Shown: piece by piece, positions 34,818 to 44,259 of the stretch
Position numbering within the stretch: the stretch's first letter is position 1
Layout: the number at the start of each line of letters is the position of its first letter
Assembly: GCA_963780985.1 (NCBI GenBank)
Contig: CAWAEF010000015.1
Span: forward strand, 6,839 to 70,838
Direction: 5' to 3'
From: an uncultured Alphaproteobacteria bacterium
Lineage (GTDB): Bacteria; Pseudomonadota; Alphaproteobacteria; JAGOMX01
Length of the DNA: 64,000 nt
Made by a program: the position numbers and the translations under genes
Notes under the pieces: model-generated
Told to the model about the DNA's origin: nothing
The model's input: the letters and a program-made list of their open reading frames with translations, nothing else
Database searches by the model: none

Positions 34818-35402
34818 ATGGCTGAAGAAAAAAAAATCGAGCAGGCAGAGGTAGCTGAGGGCGAAGAGCCTGAAGGCAGTGAAAATGATAATGAGTCTGG
34901 AGCTGAGGGTGAGGGTGAGGGTAAACCCAAACGTAATCTCAAAAAACTGATTCTGTTTATTGCTGGGCCGCTTCTATTAATCGGTATTATCGTCGGCGCA
35001 CTTTATTTTTTTGGAGTAATTGGGGGAGCTTCACCAGAGGTTAAGCCTGAGGACAAGAAGCCCGAGGCTATACCTATTGCCGAGCAGCTCCATGATGTCT
35101 TTAGCTACAATTTGCCATCCATGCTTATTAACTTGCGCACTACAGGTCGCAGAACCAGCTTCTTAAAAGTTACTATAAGTCTGGAAGTTAAGGGCAATGA
35201 AGAAGTGAAGAAGGAGATGGAGCAGCTGAAGCCACGTATTATTGATCAGTTCCAAACTTACCTGCGTGAGCTTGAAGTGGATGATCTGCAAGGGTCTGCG
35301 GGCTTACAACGCCTGAAGGAAGAGCTGTTGGATCGAGTAAATGCGGTAACTGCGCCTATAAAAGTACAGAACGTACTTTTTAGTGAATTCTTGGTGCAAT
35401 AG
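34818..35402 (+). CDS. fliL: Flagellar basal-body-associated protein FliL
   Basis: Acidic N-terminus, a single TM, then the FliL core (..INLRT..SFLKVTISLEV..). Confidence 0.85.
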   Translation: MAEEKKIEQAEVAEGEEPEGSENDNESGAEGEGEGKPKRNLKKLILFIAGPLLLIGIIVGALYFFGVIGGASPEVKPEDKKPEAIPIAEQLHDVFSYNLPSMLINLRTTGRRTSFLKVTISLEVKGNEEVKKEMEQLKPRIIDQFQTYLRELEVDDLQGSAGLQRLKEELLDRVNAVTAPIKVQNVLFSEFLVQ

Positions 35403-35410
35403 GAGGGCTC

Positions 35411-36418
35411 ATGTCCACTGATAAAAACGCGCTGAATCAAGAGGAATTGACAACGACGGATTCCATGGCAGGGCATGTTCTTGAAAAAGAAGAGGTAGAT
35501 GACCTACTTCAAGGTGCCAATTCTGATGGCAAGGGGCTGAGAGCGCTGGTCCAGACGTCAACGGTTTCTCTTGAGCGCTTGCCCATGCTTGAGGTTATCT
35601 TTGATAGGCTGATGATATTGCTTTCGACCAGTTTGAGGGCTTTCACTTCCGATAACGTGGATTTGAAGGTAGAGGAGATCAAGTCATCTCGATTTAAGGA
35701 TTATCTGGATAATGTGAAATTACCGGCCATGTTTAATGTGATCCTGCTGAAGGAATGGGATACCATGGCTTTGCTGGTTGTTGATAATGCGATGATATAC
35801 ACAGTTGTGGACGTATTGTTGGGCGGGCGTCGCGAGGAAGTTCATGATGTACAAGGCAGATCTTACACAACCATTGAGCGAGCGCTTAATGAAGAATTTA
35901 TTCGGGTGATATTAAAGGACTTGTCCCAAGCATTCGAGCCGGTCGAAAAGGTAGAGTTCACTTTTGCACGGGCCGAAACCAATCCACGTTTTGCGATGAT
36001 CGATCGTCCGAATAATGCGGGGGTTATTGTGCGTGTCAACCTCAAGATGGATGATCGAGAAGGGAAATTTGAGTTTTTCTTCCCGCACTCATCCATTGAA
36101 CCTGTTCGTGAAAAATTGCTCCAGACTTATATTGGTGAGAAATTCGGAAATGATAAAATCTGGGAGAATCACTTGGCCAGAGAGGTATGGGGTACAACCA
36201 TCGAAGCTGAGGCACTGTTAGATCAAGTCACCGTCAAGCTATCTGACGTTCTAAAATGGAAGAAGGGCTCATCCTTGCCCTTGGAGACGTTTGAGGGGGC
36301 GAATATTGTCGTCAAATGCGGAGAAAGGTCCTTGTTTTCAGGTAAGATTGGCAACGTGCGCAAGCGGGTGGCTGTTCAAATAGAAGAAAACTTTCTAACA
36401 AAGGAAAAACAATCATGA
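35411..36418 (+). CDS. fliM: Flagellar motor switch protein FliM
   Basis: 335 aa with FliM-type middle and C-terminal SpoA-like regions. Adjacent to fliL. Confidence 0.9.
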   Translation: MSTDKNALNQEELTTTDSMAGHVLEKEEVDDLLQGANSDGKGLRALVQTSTVSLERLPMLEVIFDRLMILLSTSLRAFTSDNVDLKVEEIKSSRFKDYLDNVKLPAMFNVILLKEWDTMALLVVDNAMIYTVVDVLLGGRREEVHDVQGRSYTTIERALNEEFIRVILKDLSQAFEPVEKVEFTFARAETNPRFAMIDRPNNAGVIVRVNLKMDDREGKFEFFFPHSSIEPVREKLLQTYIGEKFGNDKIWENHLAREVWGTTIEAEALLDQVTVKLSDVLKWKKGSSLPLETFEGANIVVKCGERSLFSGKIGNVRKRVAVQIEENFLTKEKQS

Positions 36419-36888
36419 CATCATTGATCTTAGAGTTGGTGACCATAGGCTTGCTGATTGCGACCATCTGTTATGCCTATATCCTGAATCGTAGAATCCA
36501 GTTGATTCACAGTAACCGGGACGAGCTTGGGAGCCTTTTAAACGGCTTTACGCTATCTCTATCCCGAGCCGAGTCTAGTGTGGAAGCATTGCGAACCTCT
36601 GGTTTTGATGCTATAGCCACTCTGAAGGCCAGTTTGGAGGAGGCGCACGCCATTCGGGATGATCTGCAATTCCTCGTCGATAGAGGTGAAGACATTGCTA
36701 ACCAACTGGAAAATGGTATCCGCAAGAAGCGCGATAGCAATAACGTTAAACCATTTTCCCAACATCTTGGTTCGGCATTGCCTGATAACACCGTCGATAT
36801 CAAAGATTACGTTAACAATGAAGGGGACGATCAAGTTATCTCTGACATGAAGAAGAAGCTGATCGGTCGGTTGAGGACTTTGAAATAA
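36415..36888 (+). CDS. Flagellar-cluster membrane protein, unknown function
   Basis: One N-terminal TM segment. Translationally coupled (ATGA) to fliM. Confidence 0.6.
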   Translation: MTSLILELVTIGLLIATICYAYILNRRIQLIHSNRDELGSLLNGFTLSLSRAESSVEALRTSGFDAIATLKASLEEAHAIRDDLQFLVDRGEDIANQLENGIRKKRDSNNVKPFSQHLGSALPDNTVDIKDYVNNEGDDQVISDMKKKLIGRLRTLK

Positions 36889-36892
36889 CCTG

Positions 36893-37909
36893 ATGAGCAA
36901 GCGCACCTTTTCAATCCTTTCTCGATTGTTGACGCCGGCTTTCGTCAAGCTCAGATTGCTGCAGGTGTTGCTGGTTTGCGCCGTCCTCTTGGTATTTGTA
37001 AAACTCGAGAAGGTTTACAGTCTTTCTGCAAGTATTTTCGTGCATTCTGCTAAGGCGGGAGAAACGCCTGATAAAAAGCCGACTCAGCCAGCTGCGCCAG
37101 CTAAACCTGAAACTGCACCATCACCAACGCCTGCACCTGCTGCTTCTGCTGCGCCTGCCGCGCCTGCCGCGCCTGAAAAACCGGCCGCGGCTACTCCAGC
37201 AAAATCGGAATTTCCTACGGAAAAACCTAAGGAAGGTTTTAAAGCAGAAAGTTTTGATATTCTTGAGTTGAGTCCTGAGCAAGTGGAAGTGCTTAGGACG
37301 CTCTCAAAGCGACATCGGGATTTGGTGCAAAGGGAGCGTTCTATTTCTGAGAGAGAGGCCACCTTGCAGGCCATAGAACAGCGACTGGATCAAAAGACCG
37401 GCGAGCTGAAGAAAATTCAGGAATACCTGCAGCAATTGTTGGGACAAAAGACCGAGAAAGAGCAAGAAGCTCTTAAGAAGCTCGTCATTGTTTATGAAAA
37501 GATGAAGCCAGCAGAAGCAGCGACTATCCTGCAAGGGTTGGACATGGAAACCCTTCTCAATATCATGGATTCCATGAAAGATGGAAAGGTATCTGCGATT
37601 GTCGCTAAAATGGAGCCCAAGCAGGCTCGTGTGCTGACCATTGAGTTGGCCCAGCGTCGCAAAAAGCTTGAAGAAAGAATGAAGATGGAGCATGATGCCA
37701 ATGCGGCAAGTCCTGAGCTTACTCCGGCTGCAGCCCCCGCGGGGGTAGATCCTGCTCACCCGGCAGCACAGGATCCAGGAAAGCCAGTGCCATCGGCACA
37801 GCCAAATCCAGCAGCTCCCGCAGGACCTCCAGCAGGAGCTCCAGCGGCACCTCCAGCAGCAGCTCCGGCTAATGCTCAAGATTCGGCCTCGCAGCCTAAG
37901 AAGTCTTAG
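36893..37909 (+). CDS. MotE/FlbB-like flagellar protein (MgtE_N-like domain) with Pro/Ala-rich flanks
   Basis: KMKPAEAATILQGLDMETLLNIMDSMKDGKVSAIVAKMEPKQA is an MgtE-N-type motif. Located in the flagellar cluster. Confidence 0.65.
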   Translation: MSKRTFSILSRLLTPAFVKLRLLQVLLVCAVLLVFVKLEKVYSLSASIFVHSAKAGETPDKKPTQPAAPAKPETAPSPTPAPAASAAPAAPAAPEKPAAATPAKSEFPTEKPKEGFKAESFDILELSPEQVEVLRTLSKRHRDLVQRERSISEREATLQAIEQRLDQKTGELKKIQEYLQQLLGQKTEKEQEALKKLVIVYEKMKPAEAATILQGLDMETLLNIMDSMKDGKVSAIVAKMEPKQARVLTIELAQRRKKLEERMKMEHDANAASPELTPAAAPAGVDPAHPAAQDPGKPVPSAQPNPAAPAGPPAGAPAAPPAAAPANAQDSASQPKKS

Positions 37910-37952
37910 TCTTGCATATGTCTCTCTAGAGATTATTAAAAGGAATATTGAA

Positions 37953-38648
37953 ATGAAAAGATTGTTAAGTGTGTTAAGTCTTGCATCCTTTCTATTGATT
38001 ATCCCAACTGAGGCTCATGCGAACGTGGGTCTGCCAATGATCGTCGTCATTTGGCCCCTGTTTTGGGTGGCGATAATTCCTATTATTCTCATTGAGTGGT
38101 TTGTTATGAAACGGCGGCTACTGGCAATTCCTTCGAAAAAACTATTATCTGCAGCTTCCCTGTCAAACGTCTTATCTACATTATTCGGAATACCCATTGT
38201 TTGGGCTGTATTGTTTTTCCTCGAAGTTTGTTCACCGGGTGGTGGTGGTACTTACCCCGGTCTGAGTTTTCCTTTGCAAATGATTTTGAGTGTGACCGTA
38301 CAGGCTCCCTGGTTGGTCCCTTACGAAACTCAATTATATTGGATGATACCGGCAGCATTTTTGTTCTTACTGATCCCGTTCTATTTTGTCTCCGCGTGGC
38401 TAGAAAGCTGGATTACAATTATATACTTGAGGAAGAATTATGGTGAACATGTAGGTAGCGTTAAACAGGCGGTTTGGAAAGCTAATTTGTATTCATATTT
38501 GTTTTTAGGCACATTTGGGCTTTTGGCAATTAAGATAAACCTTTTGGGGGCCTATATTCCGAGTTTTGTTCCTGCATTTATTTATAAGTCTATAGCTATG
38601 TTTTCTTCTATGATGATGTCGCTGATAAGGTGGTTGATGGGTCACTGA
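37953..38648 (+). CDS. Multi-pass membrane protein, unknown function
   Basis: Signal peptide MKRLLSVLSLASFLLIIPTEAHA followed by several TM segments. Confidence 0.55.
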   Translation: MKRLLSVLSLASFLLIIPTEAHANVGLPMIVVIWPLFWVAIIPIILIEWFVMKRRLLAIPSKKLLSAASLSNVLSTLFGIPIVWAVLFFLEVCSPGGGGTYPGLSFPLQMILSVTVQAPWLVPYETQLYWMIPAAFLFLLIPFYFVSAWLESWITIIYLRKNYGEHVGSVKQAVWKANLYSYLFLGTFGLLAIKINLLGAYIPSFVPAFIYKSIAMFSSMMMSLIRWLMGH

Positions 38649-38673
38649 AGTGGCGGTTGCTTAGGTGTCTGAA

Positions 38674-39954
38674 TCACCCTACGACCTTCACCAGAGCATG
38701 CCGCTTTTTGCCGGCGGATAGTTTGATTGCTTCATCGTTGACCACATCTGAAGCTGTTATCTGTCGTTCCTCATCTTCAACGGGCTGATCATTCAGGCGT
38801 GCGCCGCCGCCACGGATTAGGCGTCTAGCCTCTCCTTTACTGGTGGCAAGACCAGTTTCCACGAGCAGATCTAGCAAAGAAACACCGGGTATTAATCTGG
38901 TGTGACTTATAGCAATAGAAGGCAGGGCCGAGAGATCGCCGCCGGCTGAATGTTCGAATAAATTCTCAGCGGTTGCGCGAGCTTCCTCGACTGCGTGGGG
39001 GCCATGGAGCAAGCATGTTACTTCATCGGCAAGGACCTTTTTCGCTTCATTTATTTCTTGATCTTTAAGGGCTTCGAGTTTTTCGATCTCGCTGATGGGA
39101 AGCTCGGTAAAGTATCTTAAGAACCGTCCCACATCGGCGTCCTGGGTGTTACGCCAGTATTGCCAGAAGTCGTAAGGGGAGAGTTTGTCTGCCCGTAACC
39201 ACACAGCCCCACCAGCGGTTTTACCCATCTTGTCGCCGGAAGACGTGGTGATGAGCGGCGTCGTCAAGCCAAAGAGGTGTTTCTGGGCGACTCTGCGTCC
39301 CAGCTCGACGCCGTTGACGATATTGCCCCATTGATCGGATCCGCCCATCTGCATTACGCAATTCATACCGACTGCTAGTTGCACAAAGTCATAGGCCTGC
39401 AGGATCATATAGTTAAACTCGAGGAATGTGAGTGGTTGCTCTCGTTCCAGGCGTAATTTAACGCTATCGAACGTCAGCATGCGATTAATGGTAAAATGTG
39501 GGCCAAAATTACGCAAGAAATCGAGATAATTGAGTTGATCCAGCCATGTCCTGTTGTCCACGAGAACTGCATCCGTGGGGCCTGTGCCAAACTGAAGATA
39601 GGTGTCGAAGATTTCCGATATGGAGACCAGGTTGTGATTGACCTGTTCATCGTTTAACATCTGGCGGGATGTATCCTTGCCAGAGGGGTCGCCTACCTTG
39701 GTTGTAGCACCACCCATGAGCACGATGGGTTTATTACCTGTTTGCTGAAAGAGCCTGAGAAGCATGATAGGCAATAGGCTGCCTACGTGCAAGCAATCGG
39801 CTGTGGCATCGAATCCGATATAGGCAGTAACGGGGCCTTTTAATAATTCCTGGTCTAGGGCTTCAAGGTCCGTGCCCTGGAATATAAACCCCCGTTGGTC
39901 TGCTTGTCGTAAAAACTCGGATTTGTAGGTTGTCATCGTTGTTCCATAATTCAT
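38674..39954 (-). CDS. tyrS: Tyrosine--tRNA ligase
   Basis: HVGSL (HIGH-class) and KMGKT (KMSKS-class) motifs, plus a C-terminal S4 domain. Confidence 0.95.
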   Translation of the reverse strand: MNYGTTMTTYKSEFLRQADQRGFIFQGTDLEALDQELLKGPVTAYIGFDATADCLHVGSLLPIMLLRLFQQTGNKPIVLMGGATTKVGDPSGKDTSRQMLNDEQVNHNLVSISEIFDTYLQFGTGPTDAVLVDNRTWLDQLNYLDFLRNFGPHFTINRMLTFDSVKLRLEREQPLTFLEFNYMILQAYDFVQLAVGMNCVMQMGGSDQWGNIVNGVELGRRVAQKHLFGLTTPLITTSSGDKMGKTAGGAVWLRADKLSPYDFWQYWRNTQDADVGRFLRYFTELPISEIEKLEALKDQEINEAKKVLADEVTCLLHGPHAVEEARATAENLFEHSAGGDLSALPSIAISHTRLIPGVSLLDLLVETGLATSKGEARRLIRGGGARLNDQPVEDEERQITASDVVNDEAIKLSAGKKRHALVKVVG

Positions 39955-39978
39955 CTATATAGCAAGGAATCTAACATA

Positions 39979-41865
39979 ATGTTATACTGCTCTCAAAACA
40001 AAACAGGGAATTTTTTTATGTCTTCTCATCAAAAGTCAGAGCCCGAGCATCCTTTTGCTTGTCCACCGGAAGAATTAATGAAGATGTCCCAAGAATTCTG
40101 GGCACTCAACAAGGAGATACAGGATTTCTTGGCGGCTTCATCAAAGCCTGATAGTCCAGCTTTTGCGTCTTCGCAGCAGGTTCTGAATTTCATGGGTCAT
40201 GGACAAATCTTCCTGGATGCTTATCAAGAATTGCTCGAAAGGCCTGAGCAAATCAAGGAAGCCACGGAAAAACTCATGGCTGATTCCTTTCAGTTATGGC
40301 AAAGCAGTTTGCAGAACATGGGGGCAATAAGCTCGACGCCCGTGATTTCGCCCGATGTGGGGGATAGGCGGTTCAAGGATCCTCTTTGGGGGGAAAATCC
40401 GCTGTCGTCTTATCTCATGCAGGCCTATTTGCTCTACGCCCGCTGGATAGATTCCGTGGCCGAGGACTTGGAAGGGTTGGATGATGCATCCCGGCGCAAG
40501 TTCAAGTTCTATTCAAGACAATTTGTGGACGCGGTGGCGCCTAGCAATTTTGCTTGGGCTAACCCCATGGTTGTGAAGAAAACTCTGGAAACCAATGGGG
40601 AAAACCTCATTAGTGGTATGCGGAAATTCCTGGAGGACCTGAAAAATGGCACGTCTCTGGTCAATATAGAAAATACCGACCGAGGAGCATTTAAGATCGG
40701 GAAGGATCTGGCAAGCACCCCCGGCAAAGTTGTCTTTCAGAACGAGATGATGCAACTGATTCAATATCAACCTACTACCAAAAAGGTAAAGAAGACCCCC
40801 CTGTTGGTGGTGCCGGCTTGGATTAACAAGTTCTATATTCTTGACCTTCATCCAAAAAATTCTTTTGTGAAGTGGTTGGTGGATCAGGGTAATACGGTCT
40901 TTATTATATCCTGGGTAAATCCTGGTCCCGCTCTTAAAGATACCCCTTTCGAGGATTATCTGAAAAAAGGTTCATTAGAGGCTATCCGGGTGATGCAGGA
41001 AATTACTGGGGAGGAGTCGGTTAATCTGATTGGCTTTTGTTTAGGTGGCATATCTTTGTCCATGTTGCTGGGGTACCTGCAGAAGGACGCCAAGAAGATG
41101 ATTCAATCTTTGACGCTGATGGCCGCTCCTTTGGATTTTTCTCAAGCGGGCGAGATGACCATTTTTACGGATCGAGATTATTTAAAAACAGTCGCCAGTC
41201 GTATGGACGAGCTTGGACTCCTGGACGGGCCTGCCATGGGTGCCACTTTTAATTTGCTGCGCGCTAATGATCTGATCTGGTCAGCTTTTATCAACAATTA
41301 CTTGTTGGGTAATGAACAAACTCAGTTCGATATGCTGTACTGGAATGCGGATACGACGAACCTGCCTGGCAACATGTTTAATTTCTATATCCAGGAAATG
41401 TTCGTCAAGAATGCCATTATGAATCCTTGTCAAACCCAGATGATGGGGCGTGATGTAGATATATCCAAGGCCGAAGTCCCCGTGTTTTTGTTCGGTGCTC
41501 ATGATGATCATATTGCACCCTGGAAGAGCATGTATGCGGCCATTCCTAAACTACACGGCCCTGTAAAATTTGTCTTGGGCGCTTCAGGGCATATAGCTGG
41601 CGTGGTGAATCCTCCTCAGCTCAATAAATATGGCCATTGGGAGAATGATGACTATGCCCAAGATGCGGCGCAATGGTTGAGTCAGGCCAAATATAGCAAT
41701 GACTCCTGGTGGCTGACGTGGGCTAAATGGATCAAACAATTCCCGGACACAGAAATCGATGCCAGTGCTAGAATTCCGGGTTCAGCTGGATATAAGGCTC
41801 TTGAGGATGCGCCAGGTTCGTATGTGTTAGTTACTTCAGACCAGGCCTTGCGTGGCAAGGGCTGA
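39979..41865 (+). CDS. phaC: Class I poly(R)-hydroxyalkanoate synthase
   Basis: Lipase box GFCLGG and a conserved alpha/beta-hydrolase C-terminal half. The true start may be ATG 40018 (MSSHQK). Confidence 0.9.
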   Translation: MLYCSQNKTGNFFMSSHQKSEPEHPFACPPEELMKMSQEFWALNKEIQDFLAASSKPDSPAFASSQQVLNFMGHGQIFLDAYQELLERPEQIKEATEKLMADSFQLWQSSLQNMGAISSTPVISPDVGDRRFKDPLWGENPLSSYLMQAYLLYARWIDSVAEDLEGLDDASRRKFKFYSRQFVDAVAPSNFAWANPMVVKKTLETNGENLISGMRKFLEDLKNGTSLVNIENTDRGAFKIGKDLASTPGKVVFQNEMMQLIQYQPTTKKVKKTPLLVVPAWINKFYILDLHPKNSFVKWLVDQGNTVFIISWVNPGPALKDTPFEDYLKKGSLEAIRVMQEITGEESVNLIGFCLGGISLSMLLGYLQKDAKKMIQSLTLMAAPLDFSQAGEMTIFTDRDYLKTVASRMDELGLLDGPAMGATFNLLRANDLIWSAFINNYLLGNEQTQFDMLYWNADTTNLPGNMFNFYIQEMFVKNAIMNPCQTQMMGRDVDISKAEVPVFLFGAHDDHIAPWKSMYAAIPKLHGPVKFVLGASGHIAGVVNPPQLNKYGHWENDDYAQDAAQWLSQAKYSNDSWWLTWAKWIKQFPDTEIDASARIPGSAGYKALEDAPGSYVLVTSDQALRGKG

Positions 41866-41890
41866 CAGGATATCCTGATAGTATACTAAA

Positions 41891-42021
41891 ACAGAATCCA
41901 GAATCCAGAAACCAGAAACCAGAAACCAGAGCTACTTGCTCGGAACTGTGGCGCTGGATTCCGGCTTCTGGATTCTGGATTCTGGATTCTGGCTTCTGGT
42001 TTCTGGATTCCGGATTCTGTT
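41891..42021. repeat. Heptad-repeat hairpin family C, copy C3
   Basis: CAGAATC x2 and CAGAAAC x3 face nine CTGGATT/CTGGCTT/CTGGTTT units. Lies between phaC and hisC. Confidence 0.9.
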
Positions 42022-42049
42022 TCGGTAATCGTTCTAGGGAAAGTACATC

Positions 42050-43174
42050 ATGTCTGACACCGTTCGACCACTACCGGGTATTTTGAACATCAAGCCCTAC
42101 ATTGGGGGCGAGGACATCATTCCCAAGGGTTATACCTGCAAGGTTTTGTTGTCATCCAATGAAAACCCCTTTGGTCCGAGTCTTCGGGTTTTGCAGGTTA
42201 TTAAGGATGCGGCCAAAAGGGCCCATGTTTATCCCAGTGGCTCCTCCCGCATATTAAAGGAGGCCATCGCTGAGTTCCATGGGCTGGATAAAGATCGGAT
42301 CTTGTGCACCAATGGCTCGGAAGATGGCTTGACGTTGTTAATCCGGACCTTCGCGGGGGTCGGTGATGAAGTGCTTTTCAGCGCCCATGCATTCTCTTTG
42401 TATGGAATCGTAAGTCTTGCGGTGGGAGCAACGCCAGTGGCAGCACCTGCTCGCAAATATAATATCGATGTGGACGCGCTTTTGGCTGCGGTGAGTCCAA
42501 GAACAAAAATCGTCATTTTGGACAATCCTCGCAATCCCATCGGTAGTTATATCGGTCGAGATGAAGTGCTTCGTTTGCGGCAGAATTTACCAGATCATGT
42601 GCTGTTAGTTCTAGATTCGGCTTATGCTGAATATATGACTGCTGAAGATTATACGGCCGGCATTGATTTGGTGGATCAGTTCGACAATGTGGTCATGACA
42701 CGGACATTCTCGAAATTTTATGCCCTTGCAGGGTTGCGGCTAGGTTGGATGTATGGCCCCGCTCAGATTATTGATTGGGTTAATAGGATAAGAGCACCAT
42801 TTTGTTGCAACTCAGGCGTACAGGAGGCCGGCATCGCGGCACTTGTGGATGTTGAGCACCAAGATCTGGTTCGCCATCATCAACAAACCATGCTTCCCTG
42901 GTTTATGGATAAACTAGGTACGCTGGGGTTGAATTATGTGCCGAGTGTGACCAACTTCGTACTGGTTGAGTTCGAGAGTGAGGGTCCTTTTACAGCGGAT
43001 GCCGTTTATCTGCGGTTGGCGGAAGATGGTTATATCGTCCGGCCTGTCAAGGGATATGGTTTGCCAAACCACTTAAGGATTACTTTAGGGGCCCAAAAAG
43101 ATATGGAGGCTGTGGTTTCTATCCTGGAGTCGTTTTTGGATGACTATTTGCCCAAATATGGTATAACTGCATAA
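42050..43174 (+). CDS. hisC: Histidinol-phosphate aminotransferase
   Basis: PLP-lysine motif TRTFSKFYALAGLRLGW. Confidence 0.9.
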   Translation: MSDTVRPLPGILNIKPYIGGEDIIPKGYTCKVLLSSNENPFGPSLRVLQVIKDAAKRAHVYPSGSSRILKEAIAEFHGLDKDRILCTNGSEDGLTLLIRTFAGVGDEVLFSAHAFSLYGIVSLAVGATPVAAPARKYNIDVDALLAAVSPRTKIVILDNPRNPIGSYIGRDEVLRLRQNLPDHVLLVLDSAYAEYMTAEDYTAGIDLVDQFDNVVMTRTFSKFYALAGLRLGWMYGPAQIIDWVNRIRAPFCCNSGVQEAGIAALVDVEHQDLVRHHQQTMLPWFMDKLGTLGLNYVPSVTNFVLVEFESEGPFTADAVYLRLAEDGYIVRPVKGYGLPNHLRITLGAQKDMEAVVSILESFLDDYLPKYGITA

Positions 43175-43179
43175 CTTAT

Positions 43180-43303
43180 GTAACTCTTCAGCTAGCACAC
43201 CATCTGCGTCGTCAGATCTGCGCTCCGGCGCTCACGTATGAAGAATGCGCTCCGCTCCGGTGCTCGATCTTCCTAGCATCTGGCGAACTATCTGAAGAGT
43301 TAC
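43180..43303 (+). repeat. Family B copy B5 (long form, divergent, covarying termini)
   Basis: GTAACTCTTCAG...CTGAAGAGTTAC. The core CGCTCCGG(C/T)GCTC is duplicated. Confidence 0.85.
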
Positions 43304-43449
43304 CCGTAACTACTTGGGTAGTTACTAACTTATTACTGTGGATAAAGAATGACACCTATTCAGCAGAGCTCATTGCAGCGGATTATGTTTGTTATGACAC
43401 TCATCCTATTCTTATGGCTGTGCGTTTGGTGGGCGTTATAGGGCAGGGC

Positions 43450-44259
43450 ATGAACCATATTCAGAACCGATCAAAGTCAGAGTCTTCCTCTCAGGTTGTT
43501 ATTTCCTGTCAGGATATTTGTGTGGATTACCATGAGCTACGGGCGCTGGACAATATTACGGGGCAGTTCTCTAAAGGATCCCTGACAGCTATTGTTGGTC
43601 CAAATGGTGGCGGTAAGTCTACATTCCTGAAAGTATTGGCCGGAGTTCAGAAGATGGCTTCAGGCCTGGTCGATATAGAGAATATCAAGCAGAATAGTAT
43701 TGCCTATCTCCCTCAATCGCCGGATATCGATCGCAGTTTTCCCATTACCGTTGGTGATGTGGTCGGTATGGGCTTGTGTGCCAGTGTGGGGTTTTATCGC
43801 GCATTTTCGACGGCCGATGTTGAGAAAATTAATCAGGCTTTGGCTGAGGTCGGCTTGGAAGGTTACTTAAATCGTCCCATACATTGCCTATCGGGCGGAC
43901 AATTTCAGCGGGTGCTGTTTGCTCGTATCGCTTTACAAGATGCCAGCGTTATTCTTCTGGATGAGCCGTTTGCCGCCATTGATGCGTCGACCATGGATAT
44001 TCTCACTGATGTTTTGCGCCAGTGGCAGACCATGGGTAAGACCATTATTACGGTGCTGCATGATATGGATATCGTTCGGGATTATTTTCCGGACACGGTT
44101 ATTTTGGCTCGCTCAGCCATAGCCTGGGGTGCGACCGAGGATGTTTTGACCCGCGAGAACTTAAGGCGAGCGAAGGTTTACTGCGTTTCATGGGAGGCGG
44201 CCTGTGCGCCGTTGCCACTCAAGGAACGCAAGCTAAAACCAGCCATAGCGGAGGCTTAA
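43450..44259 (+). CDS. Metal (Zn2+/Mn2+) ABC transporter ATP-binding protein
   Basis: GPNGGGKST, LSGGQFQR, LLDEP. Start taken at ATG 43450. Confidence 0.85.
   Translation: MNHIQNRSKSESSSQVVISCQDICVDYHELRALDNITGQFSKGSLTAIVGPNGGGKSTFLKVLAGVQKMASGLVDIENIKQNSIAYLPQSPDIDRSFPITVGDVVGMGLCASVGFYRAFSTADVEKINQALAEVGLEGYLNRPIHCLSGGQFQRVLFARIALQDASVILLDEPFAAIDASTMDILTDVLRQWQTMGKTIITVLHDMDIVRDYFPDTVILARSAIAWGATEDVLTRENLRRAKVYCVSWEAACAPLPLKERKLKPAIAEA

Noticed and set aside
43388-43410. Zur/Mur operator upstream of the metal ABC operon.
   Set aside because: There is only a 10-nt imperfect dyad (TGTTATGACA), which is too weak to call without a PWM scan. It is mentioned only within the sORF finding.
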